Origin: Actinomycetota bacterium
GTDB lineage: Bacteria > Actinomycetota > Actinomycetes > JAKEEW01
Assembly: GCA_046725875.1 (NCBI GenBank)
Contig: JBKOZJ010000039.1
Span: 9,314 to 73,313 of the forward strand
DNA length: 64,000 bases
Direction of reading: 5' to 3'
Below, one piece after another: positions 47,456 through 57,200 of this stretch. The number at the start of each line of letters is the position of its first letter. The stretch's first letter is position 1. The position numbers were made by a program, and so were the translations under genes. The notes below the pieces were generated by a model. That model was not told the DNA's origin. It saw only the letters and a list, made by a program, of their open reading frames with translations, and made no database searches.

Positions 47456-47785
47456 ATGATGGAACTGTCCGCGTCGGTCGCGGGCTCGGGGCCGCGCCCG
47501 CACTCGATCCCCGCCGCTGGTGGGCGCTCGCGCTTCCGCTGGGGTGCCTTCTTCATGGTCATCCTCGATGGGGCGATCGTCATCGTCGCGCTGCCCTCGA
47601 TCGAGGCCGACCTCGGCTTCTCGGCCAGCGCCCTGCAGTGGGTGATCAGCGCGTATGCGGTGGCCCTCGCAGGGCTGCTCCTCGCGGGCATCGGCCTGAT
47701 CGTTGTGCTCGTTCTTCTCGGCCCGCGGCAGAGGGCACCGGATGAGCAGCTGGAGCCGGCTCCGGCGACGGGTGCTCCGGAATGA
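47456..47785 (+). pseudogene. truncated MFS (DHA2/EmrB-type) transporter, N-terminal ~2 TM segments only
   Basis: Reads GAFFMVILDGAIVIVALPSIEADLGFSASALQWVISAYAVALAGLLLAG, the canonical TM1-loop-TM2 of DHA2 MFS. The ORF stops after 109 aa and the SDR gene begins at 47800. Confidence 0.4.
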
Positions 47786-47799
47786 GGGAGGAGGACACC

Positions 47800-48546
47800 A
47801 TGAAAGACCTGTCCGGCAGAACCACGATCGTCGTCGGTGCGAGCCGCGGCCTGGGCCACGGGATCGTCACGGCGTTCGCCGAGGCCGGCGCCCCAATAGT
47901 TGCTGTCTCCCGCACCGGGGCGGCGTTTCCCGAGCCGGCCAACGCTGCCGGCAGCATCCAGGGGGAGATCGCCGACGCCGCTGACGCCACCGTGGCAGCG
48001 AGCCTGCTCGACCGCTACGAGCCCGAGGTTGTCGTTCTGGTGGCCGGCGCGAGCCCGCACATGCGTTCGCTGCAGGAGCAGACGTGGGAGACGTTCTCGG
48101 TCAACTGGCAAATCGATGTCCGGATCACCTTCCACTGGCTGCGCGAGGCGCTGCTAAAGCCGCTCCGGCCAGGCAGCAGGGTGGTCGTATTCAGTAGCGG
48201 TGCCGCACTGAACGGGTCACCGCTCAGCGGCGGGTACGCCGGCGCCAAGGCCACTCAGCGCTTCGTTACCGGGTACGCCCGGGAGGAGGCAGTGCGCGCC
48301 GGTCTGAGTATCACGTTCACCTCGGTACTGCCCTCCTTCGCCCCGGAGACCGGCGTCGGCCGGCCAGCGGTCCGCGCTTATGCGGCCCGCGCGGGCCAGT
48401 CCGTGGACGATTACCTCGAGAAACAGGGCCCCCTCGTCACGCCCGAGATTGCCGGTGCCGCCGTCATCGACCTGATCCGGGCGGATGCCGCCACGGTCGC
48501 CCCGGCGTACCGGTTGAGCGGCTCCGGCCTGCAGGAGCTGCGATGA
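47800..48546 (+). CDS. SDR-family oxidoreductase
   Basis: Reads MKDLSGRTTIVVGASRGLGHGIV (TGxxxGxG) and has a GGYAGAKA catalytic-region variant. A GAGGAGG RBS is upstream. Confidence 0.8.
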   Translation: MKDLSGRTTIVVGASRGLGHGIVTAFAEAGAPIVAVSRTGAAFPEPANAAGSIQGEIADAADATVAASLLDRYEPEVVVLVAGASPHMRSLQEQTWETFSVNWQIDVRITFHWLREALLKPLRPGSRVVVFSSGAALNGSPLSGGYAGAKATQRFVTGYAREEAVRAGLSITFTSVLPSFAPETGVGRPAVRAYAARAGQSVDDYLEKQGPLVTPEIAGAAVIDLIRADAATVAPAYRLSGSGLQELR

Positions 48547-48611
48547 GCCGGCGATGGGTCCAACCTCGGGGACGATTCAGAGCTGTTGTGACGACAAAAG
48601 GAGAGACAGAG

Positions 48612-49373
48612 ATGACTGAACAGATGGCTGATCACCGGATTGGAACACGTGAGGAGTGGCTCGCTGCTCGTGAGCAGCTACTGGTACGCGAGAAGGAGCA
48701 CACCCGGCTCGGGGACGAGCTCGCGCAGCAGCGACGGGAGCTGCCGTGGGTGCCGGTCGAGAAGGACTACCGCTTCAATACGGACGACGGCGAGAAGGCG
48801 CTCGCCGAGTTGTTCGACGGGCGATCACAGCTGCTCGCCTACCACTTCATGTTCGGCCCGAGCTACGAGGCCGGTTGCCCGGTGAACTCGTCGATCGCGG
48901 ACTCCATCGACGGCCTGCTGCCGCACCTGCACGCCCGTGACGTGACATTCCTGCTCGTCTCGCGGGCACCGCTGGAGAAGCTGCAAGCCTACAAGCGACG
49001 GATGGGCTGGAGCGTTCCCTGGGTCTCCTCCGCGGGCGCAGACTTCAACTTCGACCTCGGCTTCTCGCACACCGAGGAAGAGGGCCGGCAGGCCGTCGCG
49101 CAAATGATGGGGGGCGGCGGGCTCCCGCCGATCGTTGAGCAGAACGCGCGCGCGTCAGGCACCGACGTCGCCGGCTACCTCACCGAGAGCCCTGGGTTCA
49201 GCTCCTTCGTACGAGACGACGACGCCATCTACCACGCGTACTCGACAACCTGGCGTGGGTTGGAGTTCGTCATGACCTATTACCCGATCCTCGACCGCGC
49301 ACCGAAGGGCCGCGACGAGGGCGACGCGTGGCAGCTCTGGATCCGCCGGCACGACGAGTACGAGAGCGAGTGA
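48612..49373 (+). CDS. DUF899-family thioredoxin-like protein
   Basis: Reads MTEQMADHRIGTREEWLAAREQLLVREKEHTRLGDELAQQRRELPWV... with the conserved CPVNSS region. An AAGGAG RBS is upstream. Confidence 0.7.
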   Translation: MTEQMADHRIGTREEWLAAREQLLVREKEHTRLGDELAQQRRELPWVPVEKDYRFNTDDGEKALAELFDGRSQLLAYHFMFGPSYEAGCPVNSSIADSIDGLLPHLHARDVTFLLVSRAPLEKLQAYKRRMGWSVPWVSSAGADFNFDLGFSHTEEEGRQAVAQMMGGGGLPPIVEQNARASGTDVAGYLTESPGFSSFVRDDDAIYHAYSTTWRGLEFVMTYYPILDRAPKGRDEGDAWQLWIRRHDEYESE

Positions 49374-49602
49374 CGTGCGGTTCGGCGGCGACCCTGACGT
49401 GTCCGGAGCAAGAAATAGAGATGTCGACCTGGCGCGGAGCAAACGGTAGCGGGCCGCCCCTGTTCGGGCATAGCGCTGGTGTGCGGGCTGCGGACTGACA
49501 TCAAGTGCTGCGCCAACGTATCGCACGAGGAGCCCGGGGCAATCGCCGGTCCAACGGGCATGCGTATCTGACGCTCAGCGGCTTCAAGTCAGGAGGTCGG
49601 TC

Positions 49603-51072
49603 CTAGCTCTGGGTGACGACGAACGCCTGCCGATGACCGGAACTGTCGGTGTAAAGTCCGCCGGCGCTGCATTTGCCCGCCGCGGCGCACGACACCGAGA
49701 CGGTCCAGGCGGCCCCGCCGGAGTTGAGGGTGGCGGTGCCGGGGACCTGGATGGCGGTGCGCCAGGTCCCGTTCACCTGGCTGACCACGAACGCCTGGTT
49801 GTGCCCGGAGCCGGTCCAGTACGTCCCGCCGGCGCTGCAGTTGCCCGCCGCGGCGCACGACACCGAAGCGAGCACCGCGCCCTCGCCCTGGCTGAGGGTG
49901 GCGGTGCCGGGCACCTCTACGGCGGTGCGCCAGGTGCCGTTCACCTGGTTGACCACGAACGCGTGCCCGTAGCTGGTCCAGTACGTCCCGCCGGCGGTGC
50001 AGTTGCCCGCCGAGGCGCACGACACCGAATAGATGTCCGCGCCCCCGCCCGAGTTGAGGGTGGCGGTGCCCGGCACCTGGATGGCGGTGCGCCAGGTCCC
50101 GTTCACCTGGCTGACCACGAACACCTGCCGGCGCCCGGAACTGTCGTGGTAGGACCCGCCCGCGCTGCAGTTGCCGGCCGAGCCGCACGACACCGAGACG
50201 ATCGACGCGCCCCCATGGTTGAGGGTGGCCGTGCCGGGCACCTGGATGGCGGTGCGCCAGGTGCCGTTCACCTGGCTGACCACGAACGCCTGACCGCTCC
50301 AGGAACCGTCCTGGTACATCCCGCCGGCGCTGCAGTTGCCCGCCGATGCGCACGACACCTCACCAACCCACGCGGTACCGCCCTTGTTGAGGGTGCCGGT
50401 GCCGGGCACCTTTATGGCGGTGCGCCAGGTGCCGTTCACCTGGCTGGCCACGAACGCCTGATAGTGCCAGGAGCCATCCTTGTAGAACCCACCGGCGCTG
50501 CAGTTGCCCGCCGACGCGCACGACACCGAATCGACTTCGGCGTTCCCGCCCTGGTTGAGGGTGCCGGTGCCCGGCACCCGGATGGCGGTGCGCCAGGTGC
50601 CATTTACCTGGCTGACCACGTACGCCTGGGTATGCCCGGAACTGTCGGTGTAGAACCCACCGGCGCTGCAGTTGCCCGCGGACGCGCACGACACCGAACG
50701 GACCTGCGCGTTCCCGCCCTTGTTGAGGGTGCCGGTGCCGGGCACCTGCCTGGCGGTGCCCCAGGTGCCGTTCACCCGGCTGACCACGAACACCTGCTGG
50801 CGCCCATAGCCGTCGGTGTAGTACCCGCCGGCGCTGCAGTTGCTCGACGTCGCGCACGACACCGATTGGACCTGCGCGTTCCCGCCCTTGTTGAGGGTGC
50901 CGGTGCCGGGCACCTTCTGCGCAGTGTGCCAGGTTCCTGCTAAGACAGCGGCCCGGGCACCAGCGGGCCTCCCCGGCCCGGCCACCGCTTGGCCGGCCAC
51001 GGCAATCACGAGCGGGCAGACCGCAGCCGTAACCGCAATGATCACGGCGGTGGATCGTCCAGCGGGCATCAC
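49603..51072 (-). CDS. secreted protein made of eight tandem ~55-aa repeats, each with a Cys pair (VSCASAGNCSAGG)
   Basis: 489 aa with an N-terminal signal peptide. Repeat consensus: TWRTAIQVPGTATLN.GG.A.V.SVSCASAGNCSAGG.Y.DSSGH.QAFVVSQVNG. The repeats are also highly similar at the nucleotide level. No family assigned from memory. Confidence 0.7.
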   Translation of the reverse strand: MMPAGRSTAVIIAVTAAVCPLVIAVAGQAVAGPGRPAGARAAVLAGTWHTAQKVPGTGTLNKGGNAQVQSVSCATSSNCSAGGYYTDGYGRQQVFVVSRVNGTWGTARQVPGTGTLNKGGNAQVRSVSCASAGNCSAGGFYTDSSGHTQAYVVSQVNGTWRTAIRVPGTGTLNQGGNAEVDSVSCASAGNCSAGGFYKDGSWHYQAFVASQVNGTWRTAIKVPGTGTLNKGGTAWVGEVSCASAGNCSAGGMYQDGSWSGQAFVVSQVNGTWRTAIQVPGTATLNHGGASIVSVSCGSAGNCSAGGSYHDSSGRRQVFVVSQVNGTWRTAIQVPGTATLNSGGGADIYSVSCASAGNCTAGGTYWTSYGHAFVVNQVNGTWRTAVEVPGTATLSQGEGAVLASVSCAAAGNCSAGGTYWTGSGHNQAFVVSQVNGTWRTAIQVPGTATLNSGGAAWTVSVSCAAAGKCSAGGLYTDSSGHRQAFVVTQS

Positions 51073-51412
51073 GAACCTCTCTCCGTGTCCATGCGCCGAT
51101 GCGCGAAACGGGCACGCCGAGGTTAGCGCAAACAGATCACCCCAGGCGCACGGTCGCCGCCCGTCCGAAGATCGCCGCCGGCCGGGTTAGGGCGGCAGCA
51201 TTCAGCGCGAACGGACCCTGCCTCCTGCTCAACCTCCGCGATGCCGAACGCCTTTTGCGTATGCCACGTCAACCCGGGTTCGAAGGAGCCAACCCCTGGG
51301 TGCTCAACCTCCGGACCCAACAGTGTGCGTTGTTCAGTACGAAGGAAGACAAATCGGCGGCCGGCCGGCGGTCGCTGACTCGGCAGCTAACCGCAAGAGG
51401 GGATTGACGGCT

Positions 51413-52132
51413 CTAAGCCAGCATTGACACGTGGATGTGGTCGTAATGGCCACCGACCGCTTCTTGGATGTCATAGATGCCGCCGCCGCCATACGGACGC
51501 CAGCCCTCGACGTCTTGCCGCTGCGACCAGATCCGGCCCTGCCAGATCACGTACTTCACGCCAAGCGCCGGCGCGTTGATCCGCAGCCACCACGCGATCA
51601 GCCAGCCGAGCTGCTGCTCGCGCGCGCTGGCGAACCGGCCCTCCTGCCCAACAAACAAGTCACAGGCCTTGCCAAGGGGATGATCGGAGTCGGGGTTCCA
51701 CAGATGGAGGTCCCAGCAGCCGAGCGATTTCACGACCGGCCCGGGCAGTCCCCCGAACGCCCGGGCGAGCTCGCCGAGCATCCATTCGGTACGTGGCGTG
51801 ATGCAGCCTCCTCCAGGGGAGGGTCGGATGCAGCCGGCGTCAGCTTTTGTGTACGGACGAGGACGGTCGATCGGTACCATCGCGACGGAGTTAGGGTCCA
51901 GCAGATCGCCGATCGACGACTGCTCGTTGGTCGGCGGCTTCGAGTGGTCGAACGGCCGCTCGGGGTTGATCGAGGGCTTCGGATCGGCATCTCGACCGCC
52001 GGGGGAACGGGTCCCCAGAACCCCCCCGCTGGCCGGAGCGGCTGCTCCTAATATCAAGGCAATGGCCAGCGCGCCGATGATTGGCCGCGCCACGAGCCGC
52101 GCCGCTCGGCTGGACCACATGCCCCCGACCAT
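51413..52132 (-). CDS. secreted LAS-superfamily (peptidase M15-like) zinc-hydrolase domain protein
   Basis: Has a signal peptide (MVGGMWSSRAARLVARPIIGALAIALILGAAAPASG). Carries the S-x-H-x-x-G-x-A-x-D-like motif (SDHPLGKACD) and a C-terminal His motif (GGHYDHIHVS). Confidence 0.55.
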   Translation of the reverse strand: MVGGMWSSRAARLVARPIIGALAIALILGAAAPASGGVLGTRSPGGRDADPKPSINPERPFDHSKPPTNEQSSIGDLLDPNSVAMVPIDRPRPYTKADAGCIRPSPGGGCITPRTEWMLGELARAFGGLPGPVVKSLGCWDLHLWNPDSDHPLGKACDLFVGQEGRFASAREQQLGWLIAWWLRINAPALGVKYVIWQGRIWSQRQDVEGWRPYGGGGIYDIQEAVGGHYDHIHVSMLA

Positions 52133-52149
52133 AACTGAGGGCTGGGAGA

Positions 52150-52604
52150 ATCGAAACCGGCAAATCAGCGACTGGGCAATCCGGGATTCCGAGGCATCCG
52201 TCGACTACCGCCACGTCGATGCGGCCGCAATGTATTTCGTCACGCAGCCGCAGCGGTTCGACGTCATCGTCACGAAAACCTCTTCGGCGACATTCTCACC
52301 GACCTCGAGGGCCGCTATCTCCGGCGGCATCGGCCAGGCCGCCAGCGGCAATATCGACGCGAGCCGAAGCAACCCGTCCATGTTCGAGCCGGTACACGGC
52401 TCGCCGCCGGACATTGCAGTGTGTGGGATCGCCGACCCGACCGCGACCATCCTCTCCGTCGCGATGATGCTCGACCATCTCGGCTTCGCCGCCGCGGCGG
52501 CCCGGGTGGACGCAGCCGTCACCGCCGACGTCGCCGCTCGTGGCGCAGTTCCACGTCCCGCCCAGCACGTGGGGGACGCGATCGTGCACCGAGGCTCCAG
52601 CTAA
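52150..52604 (+). pseudogene. leuB: 3-isopropylmalate dehydrogenase remnant (C-terminal ~140 aa, with internal compensating frameshifts)
   Basis: The C-terminal sequence DYRHVDAAAMYFVTQPQRFDVIVT ... GGIGQAASGNIDASRSNPSMFEPVHGSPPDIAVCGIADPTATILSVAMMLDHLG matches LeuB. The conserved ENLFGDILTDLEG segment is present only in a different frame (a 1-nt deletion near 52272 and a 1-nt insertion near 52311). No N-terminal half exists upstream in any frame. Confidence 0.6.
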
Positions 52605-53012
52605 CGTCCCGCCACCCGCTCTCACCGACCGGTGGCTGCCGCCCCCGTTGGCGACCCGAGTGCGGCGGCTGAGTACGCCCGTCACTCCAATTCCTGACCC
52701 GTGGATGGCACTTCGCGCGTAGCTATGCGCGCGAGAGCGCCTCATGCGGCGAGCGTGGGCGGTGGCAGGCGGGACCCGTAGCTGTCCACATGTTGGACCG
52801 GTGGGCTACCGTTCCCCCCAGGAGGGCGCTGAGCGACCCCCGTCCGTCGCGAGCGGTGTCCAGGGGTCATCCGGCCGGGCCCTGGCGAGCCCCGTGGTGG
52901 GCCTACTTGGGCGAGCGAGAAGGTGGCCGGTCGGCGCCTGGTCGTGACCCGGCGGGGAAGGATTGCCCGGTGTGCGCCTGATGTGATCGGTGTTACGGTT
53001 CGGAGCGAAGGG

Positions 53013-54128
53013 CGCGGTGAGATGACACACGGGGCGACCGATTTGGAGATCGACCTGCGGCCAACGACGCCGCTGCCCGCCGCCGAGCGGGCCCGCCGAC
53101 TGGCCGACCCGGGCTTCGGCCGGCATTTCACCGATCACATGGTCACCGCCAAGTGGACCGAGGACCGCGGCTGGCACGATGCCCAGCTGCGCCCATATGG
53201 CAGCTTCGACATCGACCCAGCAACGATGTCGCTCCACTACGGGCAGCTAATCTTCGAGGGCCTCAAGGCCTATCGGCAGGTCGACGGCACGGTCGCGCTC
53301 TTCCGGCCGTACGAGAATGCCCGCCGCTTCCAACGGTCGGCCGCCCGCCTCGCCCTGCCTTCGCTGCCCGAGTCGCTGTTCCTCGACGCCATCCACGCCC
53401 TGGTGACCCAGGACCGCGACTGGGTGCCCACCGACACCGAGCACAGCCTCTACCTGCGACCATTCATGATGGCGACCGAAGTCGGGCTGGGAGTGCGTCC
53501 CGCCGGCGAGGTGCTGTACGTGCTTATCGCCTCACCCGCGGGCGCCTACTTTCCGAGCGGCGTCAAACCGGTGACCGTATGGCTCTCCGAGGACTACACC
53601 CGGGCCGCCCCCGGCGGGACCGGAGAAGCGAAGTGCGCCGGCAACTACGCGGCCTCGCTCGTAGCGCAGGTGCAGGCCGCCGACCGCGGCTGCGACCAGG
53701 TGGTCTGGCTGGACGCGGTCGAGCACCGTTGGGTCGAGGAAATGGGCGGCATGAACCTCTTCTTCGTATATGGCTCCGGTCGGGACGCTCGGCTGATGAC
53801 ACCCTCGCTGACCGGAACCCTGCTTGCCGGTGTGACCCGCGACTCGCTGCTCACGCTCGGCAAGGATCTCGGCTACGCGGTCGACGAGGGTCAGATCAGC
53901 GTCGAGGAGTGGCAAGCCGGAAACGCCGACGGCACTCTCACCGAGGTGTTCGCGTGCGGTACCGCCGCCGTCATCACCCCGGTTGGTGCCGTTAAGAAGA
54001 TGGGCGCCGACTGGCTGGTCGGCGACGGCGGCTCGGGGCCGGTAACCATGCAGTTGCGGCAGGCGCTTCTCGACCTCCAGCACGGCGCCGCCCCCGACCC
54101 GCATGGCTGGGTCCACAAGATCCTTTGA
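53013..54128 (+). CDS. ilvE: branched-chain amino acid aminotransferase
   Basis: Trimmed to MTHGATDLE, giving 371 aa. Carries class IV aminotransferase motifs: GQLIFEGLKAYR, EAKCAGNYAAS, GTAAVITPVG. Confidence 0.9.
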   Translation, partial: RGEMTHGATDLEIDLRPTTPLPAAERARRLADPGFGRHFTDHMVTAKWTEDRGWHDAQLRPYGSFDIDPATMSLHYGQLIFEGLKAYRQVDGTVALFRPYENARRFQRSAARLALPSLPESLFLDAIHALVTQDRDWVPTDTEHSLYLRPFMMATEVGLGVRPAGEVLYVLIASPAGAYFPSGVKPVTVWLSEDYTRAAPGGTGEAKCAGNYAASLVAQVQAADRGCDQVVWLDAVEHRWVEEMGGMNLFFVYGSGRDARLMTPSLTGTLLAGVTRDSLLTLGKDLGYAVDEGQISVEEWQAGNADGTLTEVFACGTAAVITPVGAVKKMGADWLVGDGGSGPVTMQLRQALLDLQHGAAPDPHGWVHKIL

Positions 54129-54263
54129 ACCCGTCCCGACCGCCGGGAGCGGCCCACCCGCCTCCACGAACTGGAGAGCTGATCGATCGTCGCGAGCCGC
54201 TGATCGTCTTCCGACCCCGCGCATGCTAACGAGCACTGAGCCATGCGCGCCGCGTGAGAGCCT

Positions 54264-57200
54264 GTGATCGTGCGGGTTTCGTTGCTCGGGCCGGTCGAGG
54301 TGTACGGCAGCGACGGCCGGCGCATCGAGCTAACCGGCCCGAGACTGCGTGCGGTCATCGCCCAGCTGGCACTCTCGGCGGGCCGTCCGGTAAGCGCTGA
54401 CCGGCTCATCGACGGCATCTGGGGGAGTACACCGCCCGCCGGTGCGGTCAACGCGCTGCAGGCCCTCGTCTCGCGCCTGCGGCGGACCCTGCCCCCGGCG
54501 GATGCGCAACTCATCTCGGCGGGGGCCGGCGGCTACCAACTCGCCGTGGACCCGGCGCAGGTGGACGCCGCCGTCTTTGAGCGGCTGGCATCGAAGGGTC
54601 GGGCGGCGCTAACAGCTGCCAGAGCCAGCACCGCCACGCCCCCTGGCGGTGCCAACATGTTGCGGCCAGATCGAGCATCACAGGCCAAGGCCGGGGAAGC
54701 CGCTGCGGTCCTTCGGGACGCGCTCGGACTGTGGCGTGGGCCGGCGCTCTCCGATCTCGAGGACGCGCCCTTCGCGCGTGCGCCCGCCACCCGGCTGGAC
54801 GAGCTTCGCGCGGCAGCACTCGAGGACCGAATCGAGGCCGACCTGCGGCTGGGTCGGCATGTCGACGTTGTCGCCGAACTGGAGTCCCTCGTTGCAGAGC
54901 ATCCACTTCGCGAGCGGCTGGCTGGCCAACTCATCCGGGCGCTGTACGGCGCCGGGCGGCAGGCCGACGCGCTCGCAGCGTACGGCCGTATCCGCGGCAT
55001 CCTCGCCGACAACCTCGGCATCGATCCGTCCCCGGAGCTGGAGCAGACATATCTGGCCGTTCTACGACAAGAACCCGCGCTGCTCCCCGCGGCGACGGCG
55101 GCCGAGCCCACGGCGGGCGCCAGGACGAACCTTCGCGCCAGGCTGACCAGTTTCGTAGGTCGAGGCGACGATGTGCCGAAGGTCCAGAAGCTCGTAACCG
55201 ACTACCGTCTGGTCACGCTGGTCGGCCCGGGTGGTGCAGGCAAGACTCGGCTGGCGGAAGAGTCGGCATCGGGACTATTCGATCAGATGCCGGATGGCGT
55301 ATGGATGGTCGATCTTGCGCCGGTAAGCGATCCGCTCGAGGTGCCGCACGCAGTCCTCGACGCGACCGGGCTCGGCGAGCTCTCAATGATCGAACAACCG
55401 CAGCGCGGGGTCCTCATGCCCGGACGACCCGGCATCGTCGCTCGGCTGGCCGCCGCGGCCGCCGGACGGAAGATGCTGCTCATCCTCGATAACTGTGAGC
55501 ACCTGATCGAGCCGGCCGCGCAGCTCGCCGAGGACCTGCTCGCGACCGCGCCCGAGCTGCGAGTCCTGGCCACCAGCCGAGAGCCGCTCGGGATATCCGG
55601 CGAGAGCCTCTTTCCGGTGGCCCCGCTTGCATTGCCACCTCCTGGCGCCGGCCCCGACGATGCCGCGGGCTTTGCCTCGGTCCGCCTCTTGCTAGACCGC
55701 GCGTCAGCGGTCCGGCCGGACTTCGCCCTCGGCCCGGCGACCACCCACCCGGTTGTCGAAGTGTGCCGCCGGCTGGACGGCCTTCCGCTCGCCATCGAAC
55801 TTGCGGCTGCCCGGCTGCGCTCCATGCCGATCGGGGAGATCGCCGAGCGGTTGGGCGACCGGTTCCGCCTGCTCACAGGTGGGAGCCGCACGGCACTACC
55901 GCGACACCGCACACTGGCCGCGGTCGTCGAGTGGAGCTGGGATCTCCTCGACGAGACCGAGCGGACTGTTGCCAGCCGGCTGTCGGTGTTCGCAGGTGGG
56001 GCGAGCCTGACGGCCACCGAGCAGGTGTGCGCCGGCGGCACCGTCGTCGCCGATAACGTGGTCGACATCCTCGGCTCGCTCGTGGAGAAGTCGCTCGTCG
56101 TGCTGAGCAGTGATGCGCCAACCCGCTATCGGATGCTGGAGACCATCCGTGCTTTCGCCGCCGACCGGCTCGCAGAGGCCGGCGAAGCAGACGAGGTGCG
56201 TAACGCACACGCGGCCCATTTCCTAGCACTCGCCGAACGCGCGGAGTCCGAGCTCCGCAGTTCTAGGCAACTCCAGTGGCTACCGTGGTTGCGAACCGAG
56301 GAGGACAACCTGCTGGCGGCTTTGCGCTGGGCTATCGACTCGGGTGACGCGCTGACGGCGGTCCGCATGGTCGTGGCGCTCGGTTGGCCGTGGATCATGC
56401 GGGGTGCCGAGGGATCACTCACCTGGATCCGCGACGCGGTTTCGGTGCCTGGTGAGCTGCCGGCTGATCTGAGCGCGGAGGCAAATGCCCTGCTCAGCCT
56501 CGCGTATGGAATGACCGACGACCTTCCAAGCGGAAGGGCCGTACTCGACAAGGCGCTCAAGCTGGCGGACACTGTCCCATTCGAGAAGCAGCGCGTCGCC
56601 ACTGTTCTTGCCGGGCCGTTCTTCGCAATGTTCGACCTCGACCATGACACCGCCTTTCGCGGCGCCCAACGGCTTACCGAGCATCCCAACCGCTGGATCC
56701 ACGCCACCGGACTGCTCCTGGCGGGCTATCTGCTGCTTAACGATGGTGACATCAGACAGGGCGAGGAGCGGGTCGAAGCCGCCCGCGCGGAGTTCGAGGC
56801 GATCGGCGAGCACTGGGGAATGGCGAACGCGACTAGTGCACTCGCCGAGCTGCGCGCGACCCGCGGCGACTCGGCCGGCGCGTTTGAGGCTCGCGAGATC
56901 GCGCTGCAGCTGGCCACCGAGGTCGGCGCGAAGGACGACATCGTCGGTGAGCATGTGCGGCTCGCGGTCCTCCGGGCCCGCGCGGGGGATCTGGACGGCG
57001 CGGACAAGGAGATGGCGCGTGCGTTCGAGGCGCGAACGCTACCAGCGGTCGCGGCTGCCCACGGCGGTGCCGACACTTCGCTGGGCGGGATCGATATGGA
57101 GGTTTACCTCCAGAACGCTGCCGGTGAGGTCGCCTGGATACGGGGAGACCGATCCGAGGCTCGCGCCCGGCTGAATCGGGCGCTGGCGCTGTGTGAGCAG

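Noticed and set aside
49633-50943. 436-aa + ORF with its own Gly/Ala/Arg-rich repeats
   Set aside because: It is the mirror frame of the minus-strand repeat-protein gene. It has no start context or motifs, and the apparent repeats are imposed by the opposite-strand coding repeats.
49603-51072. Regularly spaced ~165-nt DNA repeats that could be mistaken for a CRISPR-like array
   Set aside because: The repeats are long, in-frame and contiguous with no unique spacers. They translate to a coherent 55-aa protein repeat with a signal peptide upstream, so this is a coding tandem repeat, not CRISPR.
51073-51412. Possible c-di-AMP (ydaO-type) riboswitch upstream of the secreted repeat-protein / cell-wall hydrolase genes
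   Set aside because: Inspection found no convincing match to the conserved ydaO elements (ACGGGG, GGUGAAUC, CCCGUA). Only a GGAGGTTGAGCA direct repeat was present.
51798-52149. N-terminal 118 aa of + ORF 51798..52604, a possible full-length leuB
   Set aside because: Only the part from about 52150 onward resembles LeuB. The upstream part has no LeuB similarity in any frame and overlaps the motif-supported minus-strand peptidase gene.
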